This document shows, piece after piece, positions 23,339 through 36,856 of a DNA stretch of 64,000 nt. Within the stretch, counting starts at the first letter, position 1; each line of letters begins with the position of its first letter. The notes beneath the pieces are model-generated. The model was not told the DNA's origin. It saw nothing but the letters and a program-made list of their open reading frames with translations, and did no database searches. Location of the stretch: NCBI GenBank assembly GCA_030248215.1, contig JASANG010002570.1:372001-436000 (forward strand), written 5' to 3'. The DNA comes from Enoplolaimus lenunculus. Taxonomy: Eukaryota. A program made the translations under genes and the position numbers.

Positions 23339-26300
23339 TCAACAAGCGTCCACAACAACGGCACTAGCACTTTTCAGCTCTGCATCGGCCGGTCGTTTTT
23401 TTCCAGCGGCAACTTTCTCCATATCTTCTTGCATGATGCTGCTATACTTTTGAACCTAAAAAACAAAAAAAACATGTCTCAAATATCCCGCAAATATTGC
23501 GAGAAATCAGCCAACAACTTATTACTAAATTAGCTTGTCAGAAGTCTAACGGTGCATAAGCAAAATGCATAATATTCGTTAGAATGATATCTAAATTTAA
23601 TCACGGTACTGTATTATTCTACAAAGGTAAACCGGAGGCCTCTGTCGTTCATACGTTTGTTTGTGGATTTGGGGCAAGTTTTGAAGCACATATTGTCGGA
23701 ATTATTTAAAAAAAGACACCGAAAAGCATTTTGTGACAGAGATCACTTTATAAATTATTATTAAAATTGAGTGTACTTGATTAGTAGTGATGTGCCGATG
23801 ATAGCAAAATTTTGACCGATGCCGATTTTTGTTCTGAAATGTTGCCAATTTCCATTCCTATTTCTGTACATAATGCTTAATGACCAATGAGGATTACTAC
23901 ATAATCGTCAACAGTTAGATTTTTATGAGAACAGCTCATTTCAATTAATTTTTTCAGAAACAAACGCCAGAGACATAACAGTTGCCTGATCCCCCACACA
24001 CTAATATACGCCAATACCAAGAAATGAAATTGATAAGATTCCAACTCACTGTTACATTGTAAAAATAACGGCAGAGAATCGGCAATTTTTACACCGCCGA
24101 TGCCGACACTAATGAAATGTGCAAATATTGCCGATGTCGATTGATCGGCAAACCTTTAACATGGAGTTCTCAGTTTGGTTCTGGTTTTCACGTCCGCTTG
24201 CATCCTGATTATTCTACCTTCATTCCACAGATTTTATTTTCGTCAAATGTATTCCATTACAACTTAAGCCATTACTTTTGGTTTAAATAAAATTAAAAAA
24301 AACAACTAAAAACTATACCGTTGTTAGAAAATCGTCGTTTTCGTCCACATGTAATTCGATCGCGGTTACTCTGTTGAACAAATCAAGAGCGCTTGGAAAT
24401 TCGGCGAGACCTTGTTTATGGAAAAACTAAAACAGTACAAAATGACAGTTTACCTGAATTTGAAACTACTGATCTAAAAATAACGTTAAAATCTTTCTTT
24501 GCCATACACATCGCATAAATGAACAATTATTTTTGTAACATGTAAGAAACCAATTCATTCAACTGCACATCTTCTCAAATGTATGCAGCACTTATTAAGC
24601 ATTAGCGGCGAGCTTTGAAATTCAACGTATTTATTCTCTTAAACTGACTCCGCTACGTACGGTGTGTGAAGTTTGCAGCTTTACGACATGCTACTATTTG
24701 AACCAGCAAACGCTTGGTCTTTCACTATCGAAACAATCGTAACAGCAGAAACTAAAAACAAAATAGAGAGGTAGTGCTTACATAATTCAATTAAGAATGT
24801 ATGTAGTCACAGTCAGTATCCCTCGACCTTAGCAAAGCAAACTGAACTCCCTAAGGTGGCGCTATAAGTTTTGTCTATTTATTACTTTCCGGCATCGTCG
24901 AGTACCATAATGCAAATCGCTGTACGCCACCTCAAATCAATTCATAAATTAAGATTTTGTGACTTTTGGCGTTGTCCTGTGACACTACACTACTAGCATA
25001 GCGCCACTTCAAGTGGTACAAGAAGCAATGGTCCTTAACTCAGTCTACGCGAACGCTTACGACTTGTTTAACCATATGCGGCATACCTCCGACATATTAT
25101 GACAATCTCGAGCCAAAAACCACAGCGCCTTTGGATGGCTGACATCTACCGCTTGTCCGACATCGATAATAAACGCTTGACAATGGTTATGCCACAATAC
25201 GTTGAACTCTGATAAATCTGCGTGCACTAAACGACATCCATTGTACATTCTGTCGATCGCCTAGAAAACAATAGCTCAGATTAAATGAGCGTAAACGCTT
25301 TCGAAATGTAGTCTACATAAAGCTATGTTTTTAAAAACCAAAATATTTATGTCTAAGACTTTGACAGTACCTCTATCTCATATGCCTTACATCTATTACT
25401 AGGTCCGCCGCTCGTTTCAGTTCCTCCGGAGGTGCAGCCTTAAAATCGACTTCTTTTAGCTTCGGTGAGCTTATGCCATTTTCACCAATAAAGGACATCA
25501 CCAAGATATGTTTGCGCAATTTGACCACTGTTGGACAAGGCACCTTGCCACGTCGCAGCCTAAAGTATAAAATTGTTCAACAATTACTATAACGAGGGAA
25601 TTAAAACACAACTGTAGCAGAAATTTTCGATTCGAGGAGTAATTTGTTTTTACCACAAGTGCATGACCACTATTTAACCAAAAATATGTAGCTGGACGTA
25701 CATTAATTTTAGGAAAGAATGTTCCCATGTATTTCTCGCCCCACAGTTTTTACAATGAGATTTCACGAATAATCGATGATGTAAACACTTAGGCGTTTAT
25801 ATTTTAAATAAAATGACAGGATAGACCGACCCTCCAAAAGTGGGCTAACGTAGGGCACAAACGCAACGCGCGCTAATACATGTGGAAAACCGGTTTACAA
25901 AATGAACCTTTTCACCCTAATCAGTTAGCAAACAGTTATGGGTGGATCTAGGTTTTTCGACTATTTTAGTGTCGTACAGCGCCGTTCGATGTCGTCGTAC
26001 AGCAGCGCACGTTTATTACCGCATGGCACAGCAAACAAATTTGTAAACAAAAACTTTTTGACGTGAGGCGAAGTCCAGCATCAGACGGCGTTGCACGACG
26101 ACGAAAAGTATAGCATCACCTTAACTCATCACATAAAAACTACTGAAGCATAAATTAAAGATAAAAACTTTACCGATGTAAATTCAGGCACTCTTTGTTT
26201 GCCCAAACCTTCAGTACATTTCGCTTGTTAGTAAAGCGATAGTCATCTTGCACATAGTCTTTGCGATTTTTGAAATCTGCCAAACTGGTTTTGTATACTT

Positions 26301-29300
26301 TCAAAGCGCATTCAGTAGGCAAATCTTCACCATTCCAACTGAAAAAGTGACAAAAACATTTCGCTTGTTTATAATATTTATTAACTTCATTTCAATTTCA
26401 ATAAATTATTTGAAACGTAAATGAGGTTAACTATTAAGTATATATCCAAGATTTAGCCCAAATAAGATAGCATAATTATTGCACGAAGCGAACCTCCGAA
26501 TAAAGCTCTCAGTTTCACAATTAGGATCTGCCCACTAATCGGCACCGGTATTCGCATCAGTAATATCGGCACTTTTTGGGAGTATCGGAATTGGCGCTGA
26601 AAAAAGGGACAGTGTAAACCCATGTCTGATCAGGAATCTTTCACGTTTCTTGCGTTTGTATTTAAAAAAAATTAATTGAACTGAACCGGTTCCCCTAAAA
26701 TTATAACCGCTTATGGTTGGTAAGGTTTAAGTCTTCGCCAATATAATGATTTAACGCAGTAATCCTATTAGTTCGCTAAACATCGAGTATTAAAATTGCA
26801 ATCGGCAACGATTCGGCAAAATTTGAAAATAAAAGAATCGGCAAAGATATTGGTATCGGCACATTAGTATTCGCGATCCATCTAACCATCCGAATCTCAA
26901 GAGCCACACAACTGATTGTGGTAAACTTTTTCTTTGAAAGCTTTATCATCGTGTGAAGTAAACGTGTATAATTGTTTATGCCTAAATATGGTCTTTTTGC
27001 AATTTATTTATTAGGCTTTCCAGCGTCTGATTTCAATATTTCAGGGTTTTGTTACGAAGAATCTAAAACATCAACAAATCTTGACAAATTTATCCCAAAA
27101 GATTGTTCATTTTTGTAACACTTATCGCTACAACACTATCAAATAACACAAAATCTAATTCTGCCCTTTTCGACTAAATTTGAAATACTAACCTTCCACC
27201 AAATGCATGAAGCACGTTCGCTTCTTTTCCAGTACTAATTGAGCCGGTTACAGACTCCAACATACCATTGTTAACCATTTTAAACAACAAAAGACGTGTT
27301 TGGGGGTCTACGGCAAGTTCCTGAAATTCAAAAAGGACCGTGTAATGTTACACAAGGAGAATTGTATGCAAAATCGTTATCCATAGGTGATAGCAACTCT
27401 GCTAGAGTAACTTCTGAGCTATTGAGATTTGAGACAGAGAGGTAGGACCAATCAAATGATAAAAATGTGCTATTGTTCGAACCTCAACAAGACCTATCAC
27501 CATCTGGTGATAGGTGCAACACATATAATTCGAGAATACTCGAACAGATTTCATGCAGAAAACGTATCAAATGTAGTGACCAGTGTATTAATGTTTTGTA
27601 CAATAGATATTTGTAACAGTAATTGCGAAGATGCTCATGATAATGAAACAGTAAAACTTTTTTAAATACGCTCAAAATAGCAAAAATAACGAACTCCAAT
27701 ATTTTGCCGTTTTGGAACTAGTTCAAGAATGATGGTCACCACATAACGGCGGCAGCAAAAAACATATATTTCAAGTTCGATTTCAGTTAAAGCCCTTTTT
27801 TCGGAAAAAATTTGGAAACACGGACGGAGTAGCTAACAAAAACAGGGCTTACCTAATACCTTATCTATTATAGCTTTTATGTCAGTTGGAGAATCACAAG
27901 TTTCAGATAGGTAGGGAACCATGAGCTACGTATAAAATTAAACTAAACCTCTTGAGCGAATCGAGCGAGAAGCAGAGCTTATTTTAGTTTAGATCATTGT
28001 ACAAACTTTGGATATTGTTCAGTCGGGGATTCGATCTGTTGAAATTTTCAAAAGAAAATATTTCTAAAGGGTTTTTCCTACTTCTCGTGTTTTTCATAGT
28101 TTTTGTGTTTTTCAGAATATCTGTTCATAATATTATTGCGTAACTGCGAATTGATTGAAAATTCCGCAACCCCCAAACAAAAAATTCCTGCCAATTACGA
28201 ACAGGGGTCCCAGGTTGATGTCCCCACTCCATCGGGACTTAGCGAACGCCCAGCAATTGCGATTCCGCGGATGCGGATATTAGATTCATAAGGCCGGGTG
28301 TGGTTTCGGCGGATTTTTGTTAATTTCAATGGTTTTTGGAAAAGAGCAGGTGATAAACCGTAATTCACAACAATAAAACCATGCGCGTAACAAATATTGA
28401 GGGCAGAAACCATGATTAGACACTAAATATAACAACAAATGTCTAGACTGATACTTTTCGCCAGATATTGCTATTCTTGTTTGTTCTTAAATTTCTAAAT
28501 AATTCGGATATTTGTTACAATACTTAAAACAACCTTGTTTCGCTGGAACAAAAACCTAAGAAAAACCCCACAACATACCGCAGTGCTCCTTTCATCTTTC
28601 TTTTCTCGTATTTTATGTTTAGCGCGTTGGTTTTCTGTCATCGAGAACGTTTTGAGTTTATTGAAAACTTTATTTGATAATTGAATATCTTTGCCAACCA
28701 AATCTCCCGTGTTTAAATTCGATGGAAACTGAAATAAAAAAAATTCAAAATATTATGTTTACTTCGTGATATGCTAGTGCCGCAAAATACATAGCAGCGC
28801 GTGCTAAACATTGAAGCTTGTCAAGAAAAATGCATTGTTGATGAAAGCATACTAAAACCAAGACAAACAAGAACGTAACCACTGACCGGTTAGGGAGTGA
28901 GACACTCCACAGGGAGTGGTTGGGGCCAAAGCTCCCGGAGCGATTAGGGTTCAAACTCGCTCTAGGATTCTTGCACTGGGGTTTTCAGATATTTTTTCAA
29001 GTTATAACACAACAACTATCCTGCAAAATTTTTATAAATGCCGAAACACTCAAAAAGTTCCAAATGCAAAAATATCTTCAGAAAATTTAGCAACTGTATT
29101 AAAGCATTATACGAACACTTATAGCGCGATCAGCATTGGCTCGTCCACTAATAACGATATCGTGTTTGCTTTTGAGAACTTCGCCTTGCTTTACAACACC
29201 TGACGGCCCAAAGTTCTGTACTTTGCGATCTGAAACTAACATTATGTGTAGACAAATATTCAATAAATTAAGTTATAAAAATTCAATCATACAATTGCAA

Positions 29301-31750
29301 CTAAGCTTAAAACACAATGAACGTGTGACCAGCTAGTTAATTAATCTTTCAGTAAGATGCACCAAAATTTCACATGAAAACTCGATAAAAATTAAATTTT
29401 CAATGGTATTTGAATGCTTTTTGAAAACACAACATTTCAGTTGTTGCTCAGCACGGAAAAAGAGATTTGGTGGCTCAGGTTTCGAACACAAATCGAAATT
29501 GCGACACCGGCGCAAACTAGCTATTGTGAAACCTCGTTTGTTCTAAACTGTAAATATGTGAGAACAAGAGCGTAGTCAGGGGCGAAACGCGTCAAACCGC
29601 CTTTAGGATTTAAGATGCTTTTATAATTTGTAACACGCAAAATTCCGTTCGAAATATTCATATATCGTAGATCCCTTAGTCCAAACTGGCTACACCCATG
29701 TACGTGAATATTATTCTTTTAAATATAAACTCACTGTCCAACTTGTCGTTCAATGCTTCCTTGATTTCATCCGTTAACGCATCGTCAGAACTGTCGTCCT
29801 CGCTGTCCAACGATAAAGTGTAATAATGAACACGAAATCGGTCGAAAGATATTTCAACTGCAAATGCAAAATCCAAAAACGTTGGTTTTAAAAGCAGGAC
29901 TAAAGCAATGGCCAGTTTACAACTGAAATGTACGAAGTTCTTGCTATTGTAGTGTACAGAATCTCAACGTAATTCTCAATAGACGTACATACTGTGACGA
30001 GTTGCGACCAGCAGTACTGAACCGGGTGCGACCGATATAAATTTACCGGATGCCGGAACCTGATACGGATATAGAATTTTTTACCGGAACAGAAATCGGA
30101 TACCGACTATTGTATATGTTAACATAATCTATTTTTTCGCTATATTTTTAGCGTGTTCAAGGTTTTCATCTGTTGTAAAGTTCATAATTGCTGCTGATAA
30201 ACTGGAGTTTTTGTTGCAAAAATATGTTTAACTCTCGCTGGCCTACATAAGCTAAAAGCAGCTGAAAATGCATCAAAACGCGAATTTCTTGACTTGTCGA
30301 GAAATGTAATCGCATAAAAATGTTAAAGAGGATCATTCGTAAAGGGCAGTTTTATGATATTGGCACCACAACCGTGAATGTCCGGTATCCGGTTGGTTTA
30401 TACAGGATACCGGAACCGGATACGGATATCAGTTCTTGCCATATATTAAACCGGAACTGGATCTCCGATCGCACCCTGGATACAGTATATTCTATAGCTT
30501 CTTGCATTTACCTCAGTTGCTTGATTATGAAACCCTCTCTCAACCAAAAATATGTCTTTACTTACCATGCATATTTGCCTCAAAGATCACCACCACATTG
30601 TCCTTTACGGCCTACACGAAGCAATCACAGATATTTGGTTTCAGTGTAGATTAAATCTGCTTCGTAAAAGGGGATATATCGGGTTCTAATCAAAATCCAC
30701 TCTCCGGCGCGCCAGTACCCGAAAAATTAATATAAGATCTCTCCCTAGCTTTAAATACCTTTATTGTTTTTGTTGAATTGTGCCTCTTCGCGTTTAAGCA
30801 AGGAATTATGTTCACGATCGAACTGCAGTTGAAGCAACCGCGCCAACTCAAAATCATCTGAACATTCATCTGTTACTTGAATGCCCGCATCTACGCTTAA
30901 ATCTGATTGATCGATATCGCTAGTTTGTTCAAATGAAGGTTGGCTAGTATGGCCCGAACTAGACGGTTTTACACTTTCCATTGTGCTGGAATTAAACAGC
31001 AAACAGTTGTGATACTTTATTTCGGCTCTAAAGAACTTAATGGATCTGGGTGTCGCTATTGCACAAAAGGTCAACCTATATATCATGCGCTGGAATTTCC
31101 TCCTACATTCTATATTAGTAACAAAATTTTCGGTTTCATGCTCGTATAAAGAACAGTCACGCATCAAACGGGGAGGCACACTATTTTTCAATCGGAAACT
31201 TTAGCATACAAGCCAAAACGTATGGAAGAAGATTTTGTGAAAAACACTAGTCTCTACGTCACAAATTACTAAAATTGCATTAAGCTTTGCTTTTTGCTTC
31301 TCGCTTGCTTCAGTTGTGAGGTTTCCTTCACTGTTATACACGGCTGACCGTGTTTTTGTTTTGCCGTTTTAGGATCGACCGCTGCACCATTGATGAAGAA
31401 ACTATACGTACTTAATTTATTTGTTTTAGGTGCGCAACAGTTGAAATGAATCTATCTAGAGATTTTAGATTTTCGGATTGACATGAGCACAAGTGTGTAA
31501 TCTATACGTAATATATGTAAGATGAATCTTACAAATCGCATTCGTTGGACGACACCAGAGACTTTCTATCATCCGCCTTTGATCCACCACCAACATTTTG
31601 CAACTCTTGCGTATTAGACAATGTCTCTACGAGCTGTTCACTCATTATATCTGCGAAATTTGTATTCCCGCTTGTGTGACTTATTTGCGAGGCATTAGTG
31701 CCCACTGACCAACCCTTTTTCGACCAAACGCCTTTGCTAGCTTCAGCCAT
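23339..31750 (-). CDS. RIOK3: RIO kinase 3; 11 exons, about 563 aa
   Basis: Exons in transcript order: 31750-31533, 30985-30759, 29857-29735, 29229-29117, 28728-28579, 27320-27193, 26338-26174, 25559-25391, 25260-25087, 24426-24319, 23455-23339. All GT-AG and phase-consistent. Motifs STGKEANV, ALKVYKT, LVHADLSEFN, IDVGQAV; RIOK3-type N-terminus (FADIMSEQ, DFELARLLQLQFDREH). Confidence 0.93.
30022..30478. mobile_element. hAT-like MITE (GGGTGCGA termini) in RIOK3 intron 2
   Basis: CCGGGTGCGACCG ... CGATCGCACCCTG with CCGGA subterminal repeats; no clean TSD. Confidence 0.55.
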
Positions 31751-32985
31751 TGAATCGTAGTCAAATAAGTTATAACAGATAATTTTTATAGATAACAACT
31801 CTGCATCATATACGCATGTAAAAAAAATTTTATATTTCCAAATATATACACTCGCAATGGGCTAAACTTCTGTTGTTAAAACAGACGCTAATTGTCAATG
31901 CGAACTGAAGATAGCGTAAAACATCAAAATCTCTTCCCTTGGGATGTGCCGATACCAAAATTTTTGCCCATGCCGATACCGATGCCGATTCTTATTTTGA
32001 AATTTTGCCGATGCCGAACCGATGCCGATTCCAACTTTAGTAAACCATGCTTAATAAACAGATATAATACTACATAACATTTATTATATGAAGGCTTAAA
32101 CTCTAACCATCATAAACGATTATCGAAAAGTGCCGATTATTACCGATGCCGATGCCGAGTAATGGGCACATCCCTAGTCTTACCTAAATTAACGGTGTGT
32201 CTAAGTTTTCTCGGTGTTGTGTAGTAAAACCGAGTTTTTGAAAATATGCCAAATTATAATTTATTCGATTAAAGCAGTAACACTGGACATAAGTATTTTT
32301 GACATTGTTGCAACTCTCTTTTAGATACATAGCAAATGAAGTATAGATTTCATCCATTCATGTAGCGTTTTATGAGCTAACAAATGCAAATGAGTATGAG
32401 TATATAAATTTGCTATAAAACACACGCATTTTACATGCAATGAATATTGTATACATGTCCAACAACATTGTTCATGCATTTGAACTATAATGGATTGACG
32501 CGGGGAGAAAGCAGTCGAACATAAGCTTATAGAACTCATAAAGACGTGTAAATGGCCCGCATATCCCACCCCATTAACAAAAATATAGACAACAGGTTTA
32601 CATATTTACGCTGGGCTTCAGTGCGCCTCACTCTGCTTTTATTGATTCTAGGTTGGTTACCATCAAATCACACTCGACAGAATAACACCGACAATAACAC
32701 CTTTGTAGGGAATTAACGTCGTCAAGCACGATTTCTCTCGGGACTCGGCCAAAGATCAAGGCGTTGTATTATGGTTATACTAAAACTGTGTTCAGCTTCT
32801 CGCTCGTCAACTATTTACTTTCACTCTTGTTGCCTACATATATGAGGTTTAATACTACATGTATATGTGAGACATGCTTGTCCGTTATGTGCAGATGCAA
32901 ATGCAATATAGTTAAGTGCACTGCATGTATGCTAGCCACAGCATACCGTCGACACATTTAGCCGAGGACAGAATCAATTTGAGGC

Positions 32986-33058
32986 GGGCTACGTGGCGCA
33001 GTGGTAGAGCGTTTGCCTTAGAATTCGTTGGTCGCTGATTCGAAACCACACGTAACGC
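32986..33058 (+). mobile_element. tRNA-derived SINE-like head
   Basis: GTGGCGCAGTGGTAGAGCG A-box and GATTCGAAACC B-box; related minus-strand heads near 35612-35643 and 36338-36385. Confidence 0.55.
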
Positions 33059-33886
33059 ACTTTTACAGCTGCTTTGTAAAAATGAAATGCGCTCAAAACG
33101 GGACATTTTGATCACCACCCACCGCAACTTTTTGACATTTTTGCTAATAACTCTTTAACAGGTGAACCAAATGACACGTTCTCGGTTAAATTTACTCCGA
33201 CGAAAATGGCAAAAATGTGCGTATGCGTTGTAACGTCTCCGTGTTAGACAGCTTGATTGTAAATGTTTTTGCAAAATGTTTTTAAGTTTAATCTGATCAA
33301 AAAATGAGCCTTTGTGCAGGTACCCTCAATCAACTATTTTACTGCACCACTTTTTCCTTCAAGTTATTTCAATAACTGGTTATAGCTATATTATAATATG
33401 CTAATTCCGATTCTGATTGATTAACTCTCTCCCCCGGCTTACCGTTCACTTGCAATCTGTAGATCGACGCATGAATATAAAGGTAAATTGCGATCTAGCT
33501 CAAAATTTCCAGACATTTCGGATTTAGAAACAATGTATGCTAAATGCTCAAAATAATAATAAATTTCTGATTTGAACACTAGTTATAAAACAAAACAATG
33601 CGAAGTAAAAGTACAATCAAAAGTCTAGCGCCGACTTCAGTCTTCTGGTCATTGTTTCAACAGTATTCATTAGATTTGCGAGTTGGTTGCGCAATTTCAT
33701 GTCCTAGCTTAGTAAATTACTAGATCTTAGCTCTACCGTAAAATATTATACAGATGACTTGTTTATAAAAACCTCGGCGAATGCTGTTTCACGAACGTTA
33801 CAGCAGCTTAACATAACTAAACCGGCAAATATTACCCGAAAACAGTGCCATTTCCTGGAACAGCAATGTACCAAGAGTACACACAT

Positions 33887-34322
33887 CTGGACAGTTGGAA
33901 CCGCAGGACAGTTGAGACAGTTAGGACAGTTGGGACAGCAGGACAGTTAGGACAGTTAGGACAGCGGCAGAATTGGGCGGGACAGTTCGGACAGTTGGCA
34001 CAGTTGGGATAACAGAACAGTTGGGACAGTTCAGACAGCGGGACCCTTGAGACAGCGCGACGGTTGTAACAGTTGGGACAGTGGGAGGGTTGGGACAGTT
34101 TGGATAGTGGGAGGGACAGTTGGAACGGTTGAGACAATTAGGACAGCGTGATAGTTGGGACAATTGGGACAGTAGACAGCGGTACAGTTGGGATAGTTGG
34201 GACAGTGTGACAGTTGGACAGTTGAACAGCTGGACAGCCGGGACAGCGAGATAGCGGGACTTTTCTGACAATCGGGACAGTTTATGTGGGACCCGCGGTA
34301 CACTGGGACGTGGGACTGTTGG
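33887..34322. repeat. Degenerate 9-10 bp satellite (GGGACAGTT)n
   Basis: Dozens of GGACAGTT/GGGACAG units in tandem. Confidence 0.85.
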
Positions 34323-34720
34323 GAAAGCTAGGCCCAAACTAAACAATTCATTATAGGAACACTTATCCCTCTCGACAGCCTCAACGTCTCTTGAAAGTGG
34401 GAGCAGGGGTGCTGCAACTCCACAGTAGAAAAGTAAAAACTGCACCTACTGCAACACAAACTCAGCATCCCTTACTACAACACATACTCAGCATGTATAC
34501 ATATAATATTTGGTTTATATATTATATATGTATATAGAAGAATATGTTTCAAAAATAAGACGCAAACTTTAGGTTATGGGGAAAGCCTGAGCTCAACCCG
34601 AAATATCTTTGAAATTCGATTTATTTATATATAGGTACCCAACCGTTTTAAGAATATAAGCGGATCAGTTTTTTTACATAAGAGGGGGTAGAGGGGTCCC
34701 CATTTTAAGTCCCAATAATA

Positions 34721-34989
34721 CACTGTAAAAATGATGAGTCAAATTGACCCTCTCTGAAATAGGCTTTTCCTGACTACACAAACTGAGTCAAAATTCTCTC
34801 CGTCAGAGTCAACACTGTAAAAATGATGAGTCAAATTGACCCTCTCTGAAATAGGCTTTTCCTGACTTCACAAACTGAGTCAAAATTCTCTCCGTCAGAC
34901 TCTGGCGGAGTCGAATTTTGACACAGTTTGTGCAGTCAGGAAAAGCCTATTTTGTAGAGAGTCAATCTGGCTCATTGTTTCTTGCAGTG
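34721..34989. mobile_element. CACTG...CAGTG palindromic MITE flanked by TA, left arm tandemly duplicated
   Basis: TA|CACTGTAAAAATG ... TTGCAGTG|TA; 34721-34812 is repeated from 34813. Confidence 0.75.
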
Positions 34990-36059
34990 TAAGTCCACCA
35001 GCTGATAGTCCCTAAAACGTAATTAGAGTACATAAATGTCAATTATCCCTTCTTGTTTCTTTAATTAAAATGTTTCGCACATAATCATCCAGTCCCGATA
35101 CCCGATAGGTGACCGGTGATAGGTGGAACACGTTTGAAAATACAAGCAAAAGGGTCCGTATTCTGAAATAACACACCTATCATCCATCAGATAGCATCAC
35201 CTTTTCAAACAAGCAAATTAAAACACTGAGGCGCTCGTTACAACACTGTTTAAAAACCAGTGGCGTACCTTCGGAGTTTACAGACCTATCGTTAACTAGC
35301 GATATGTGCTACGTTTTGACAGTATGGGCACAGATTTGCGACAAATTTTTGTTACAAATAGCGTCGAATAACTATGTAGCTAGGTGCATAAATTTTACAG
35401 TTATAGTTAACGTGCTGAAACAACCATGGTTCGTTTTTAGTCGAACGTGAACTCGGTGATTAGATTAAGTCGCGTGCACTTTTTAATTAACTACGGTGTG
35501 TTGTTTTCGATTCGAAAGCCTCATTTAAGCAAGTACTTAGAATGCAAGCTTGAAAATAAAATTCCAATGAGAATATTGCTGTTAGTCTAAGTAGGAAAAG
35601 GACCTACATAACGTGGCTCTACCAGTGCGCCACGCAGCCTGCTTGTGCACTCAAACCTATTTCCGCGTGGATACCGTTTCAAAGCGCTACAATTTACCAA
35701 TTGCATCTGTAGGAACAACACGGTCTGCACAACTCTTGTTCGAAGTTTTACTCAAAGTTAAGGATCACGCCGGAAATTGAACGTCGGTTCGTTGGCGCTC
35801 GAGTCAAGCATGCTAGTACTACATCATGTGGTCATTCTAACAACTTCATACTCCGGTATCTGTGCTCATGTATTACAATCTTTTTGCTTTACATACACTT
35901 ATTGTGCACATAAATCGACAGCGTTCGCGGAGTATCCCCCGTGTCAGTCTACGTAGAAACTTGGACTTCAGACATTTTAACTAAGCAGCTGGAAAGCGGT
36001 CTACAGAGCGTGGGTATGCTAGGGCACGCCGTTTTTAGTTCCCAGTGCTCAGCAGCTGA

Positions 36060-36141
36060 ACATGAGGGACATTCCCGGAAGGTTTAGAACTCGGTCGGCA
36101 GAGTATCAGTCCAGCGCGCTAGCCATTGATCGACGCCGCCT
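36060..36141 (-). mobile_element. tRNA-derived SINE-like head
   Basis: Minus strand reads GGCGGCGTCGATCAATGGCTAGCGCGCTGGACTGATACTC...GAGTTCTAAACC (A/B-box-like). Confidence 0.45.
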
Positions 36142-36856
36142 CACAATCAAATGCTAAGTTTTTTGTTTTTATGCCTTATAAGAATCTCACCATTATACAC
36201 ATGTATCTTGCTTCTTCCGTGTTTTAACTGCTGCTGCATATAAAGGTATTACATATGCAGCAGTGATTTACCGATGTACAGCATTTGCATGAGGTTATTA
36301 CTGGTTTCCATGCATCCGCATGTCACATGCACCAGCAGCCTTAGGATTCTGAGGCAAGCACTCTACCACTGCACTAGCAGCCCACCTTTGCAGTTATTTT
36401 TTGTACGACTATATGTGTCGACCGTATGCTACCGGCAAGCATACTTCATACGTTGTAGTGTAATGCACTTGCGTATAGGCAGGCACCAGCACGTCTCACA
36501 TGCTTACAACTGCAATGTAAGTATGGATATTTATGTTAGCTAATTGCAGGCTTCTGGGGGACGATGAAGGCTAGCCTTAAAAATAACAACTTTTATAGAA
36601 TTTTTCTTTAATAATGCAATACACAAGCATGTAAAATGTGTTTACATATTGTATACGAGCGTCAGAAAAGTTTAATAAGATTTTAAAAATTATCCCCCAC
36701 TCTAGATTTCCTCGCCGGCTGTACAACCGAGGCCCCCGGTTGAAGATTTTCCCACACTGTCGTTACTAAGGGACATCACAGGTCAGTGAACTTACTAATA
36801 GCTTTTGTACGTTATATATTTATAGTGCTACCAACTACATAATAATAATTACTTAT

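Noticed and set aside
30986..31191. N-terminal extension of the 146-aa ORF into RIOK3 intron 1
   Set aside because: The acceptor at 30988-30986 gives a phase-consistent join to exon 1; the extension is intronic read-through.
32730..32775. Weak resemblance to the U2 snRNA 5' end (also CTTTTGGCTAAGA near 42746)
   Set aside because: Too short and mismatched; no intact GTAGTA branch-pairing motif or Sm site.
33832..34445. Metallothionein-like Cys-rich ORFs
   Set aside because: Explained by the GGGACAGTT satellite; no gene structure evident.
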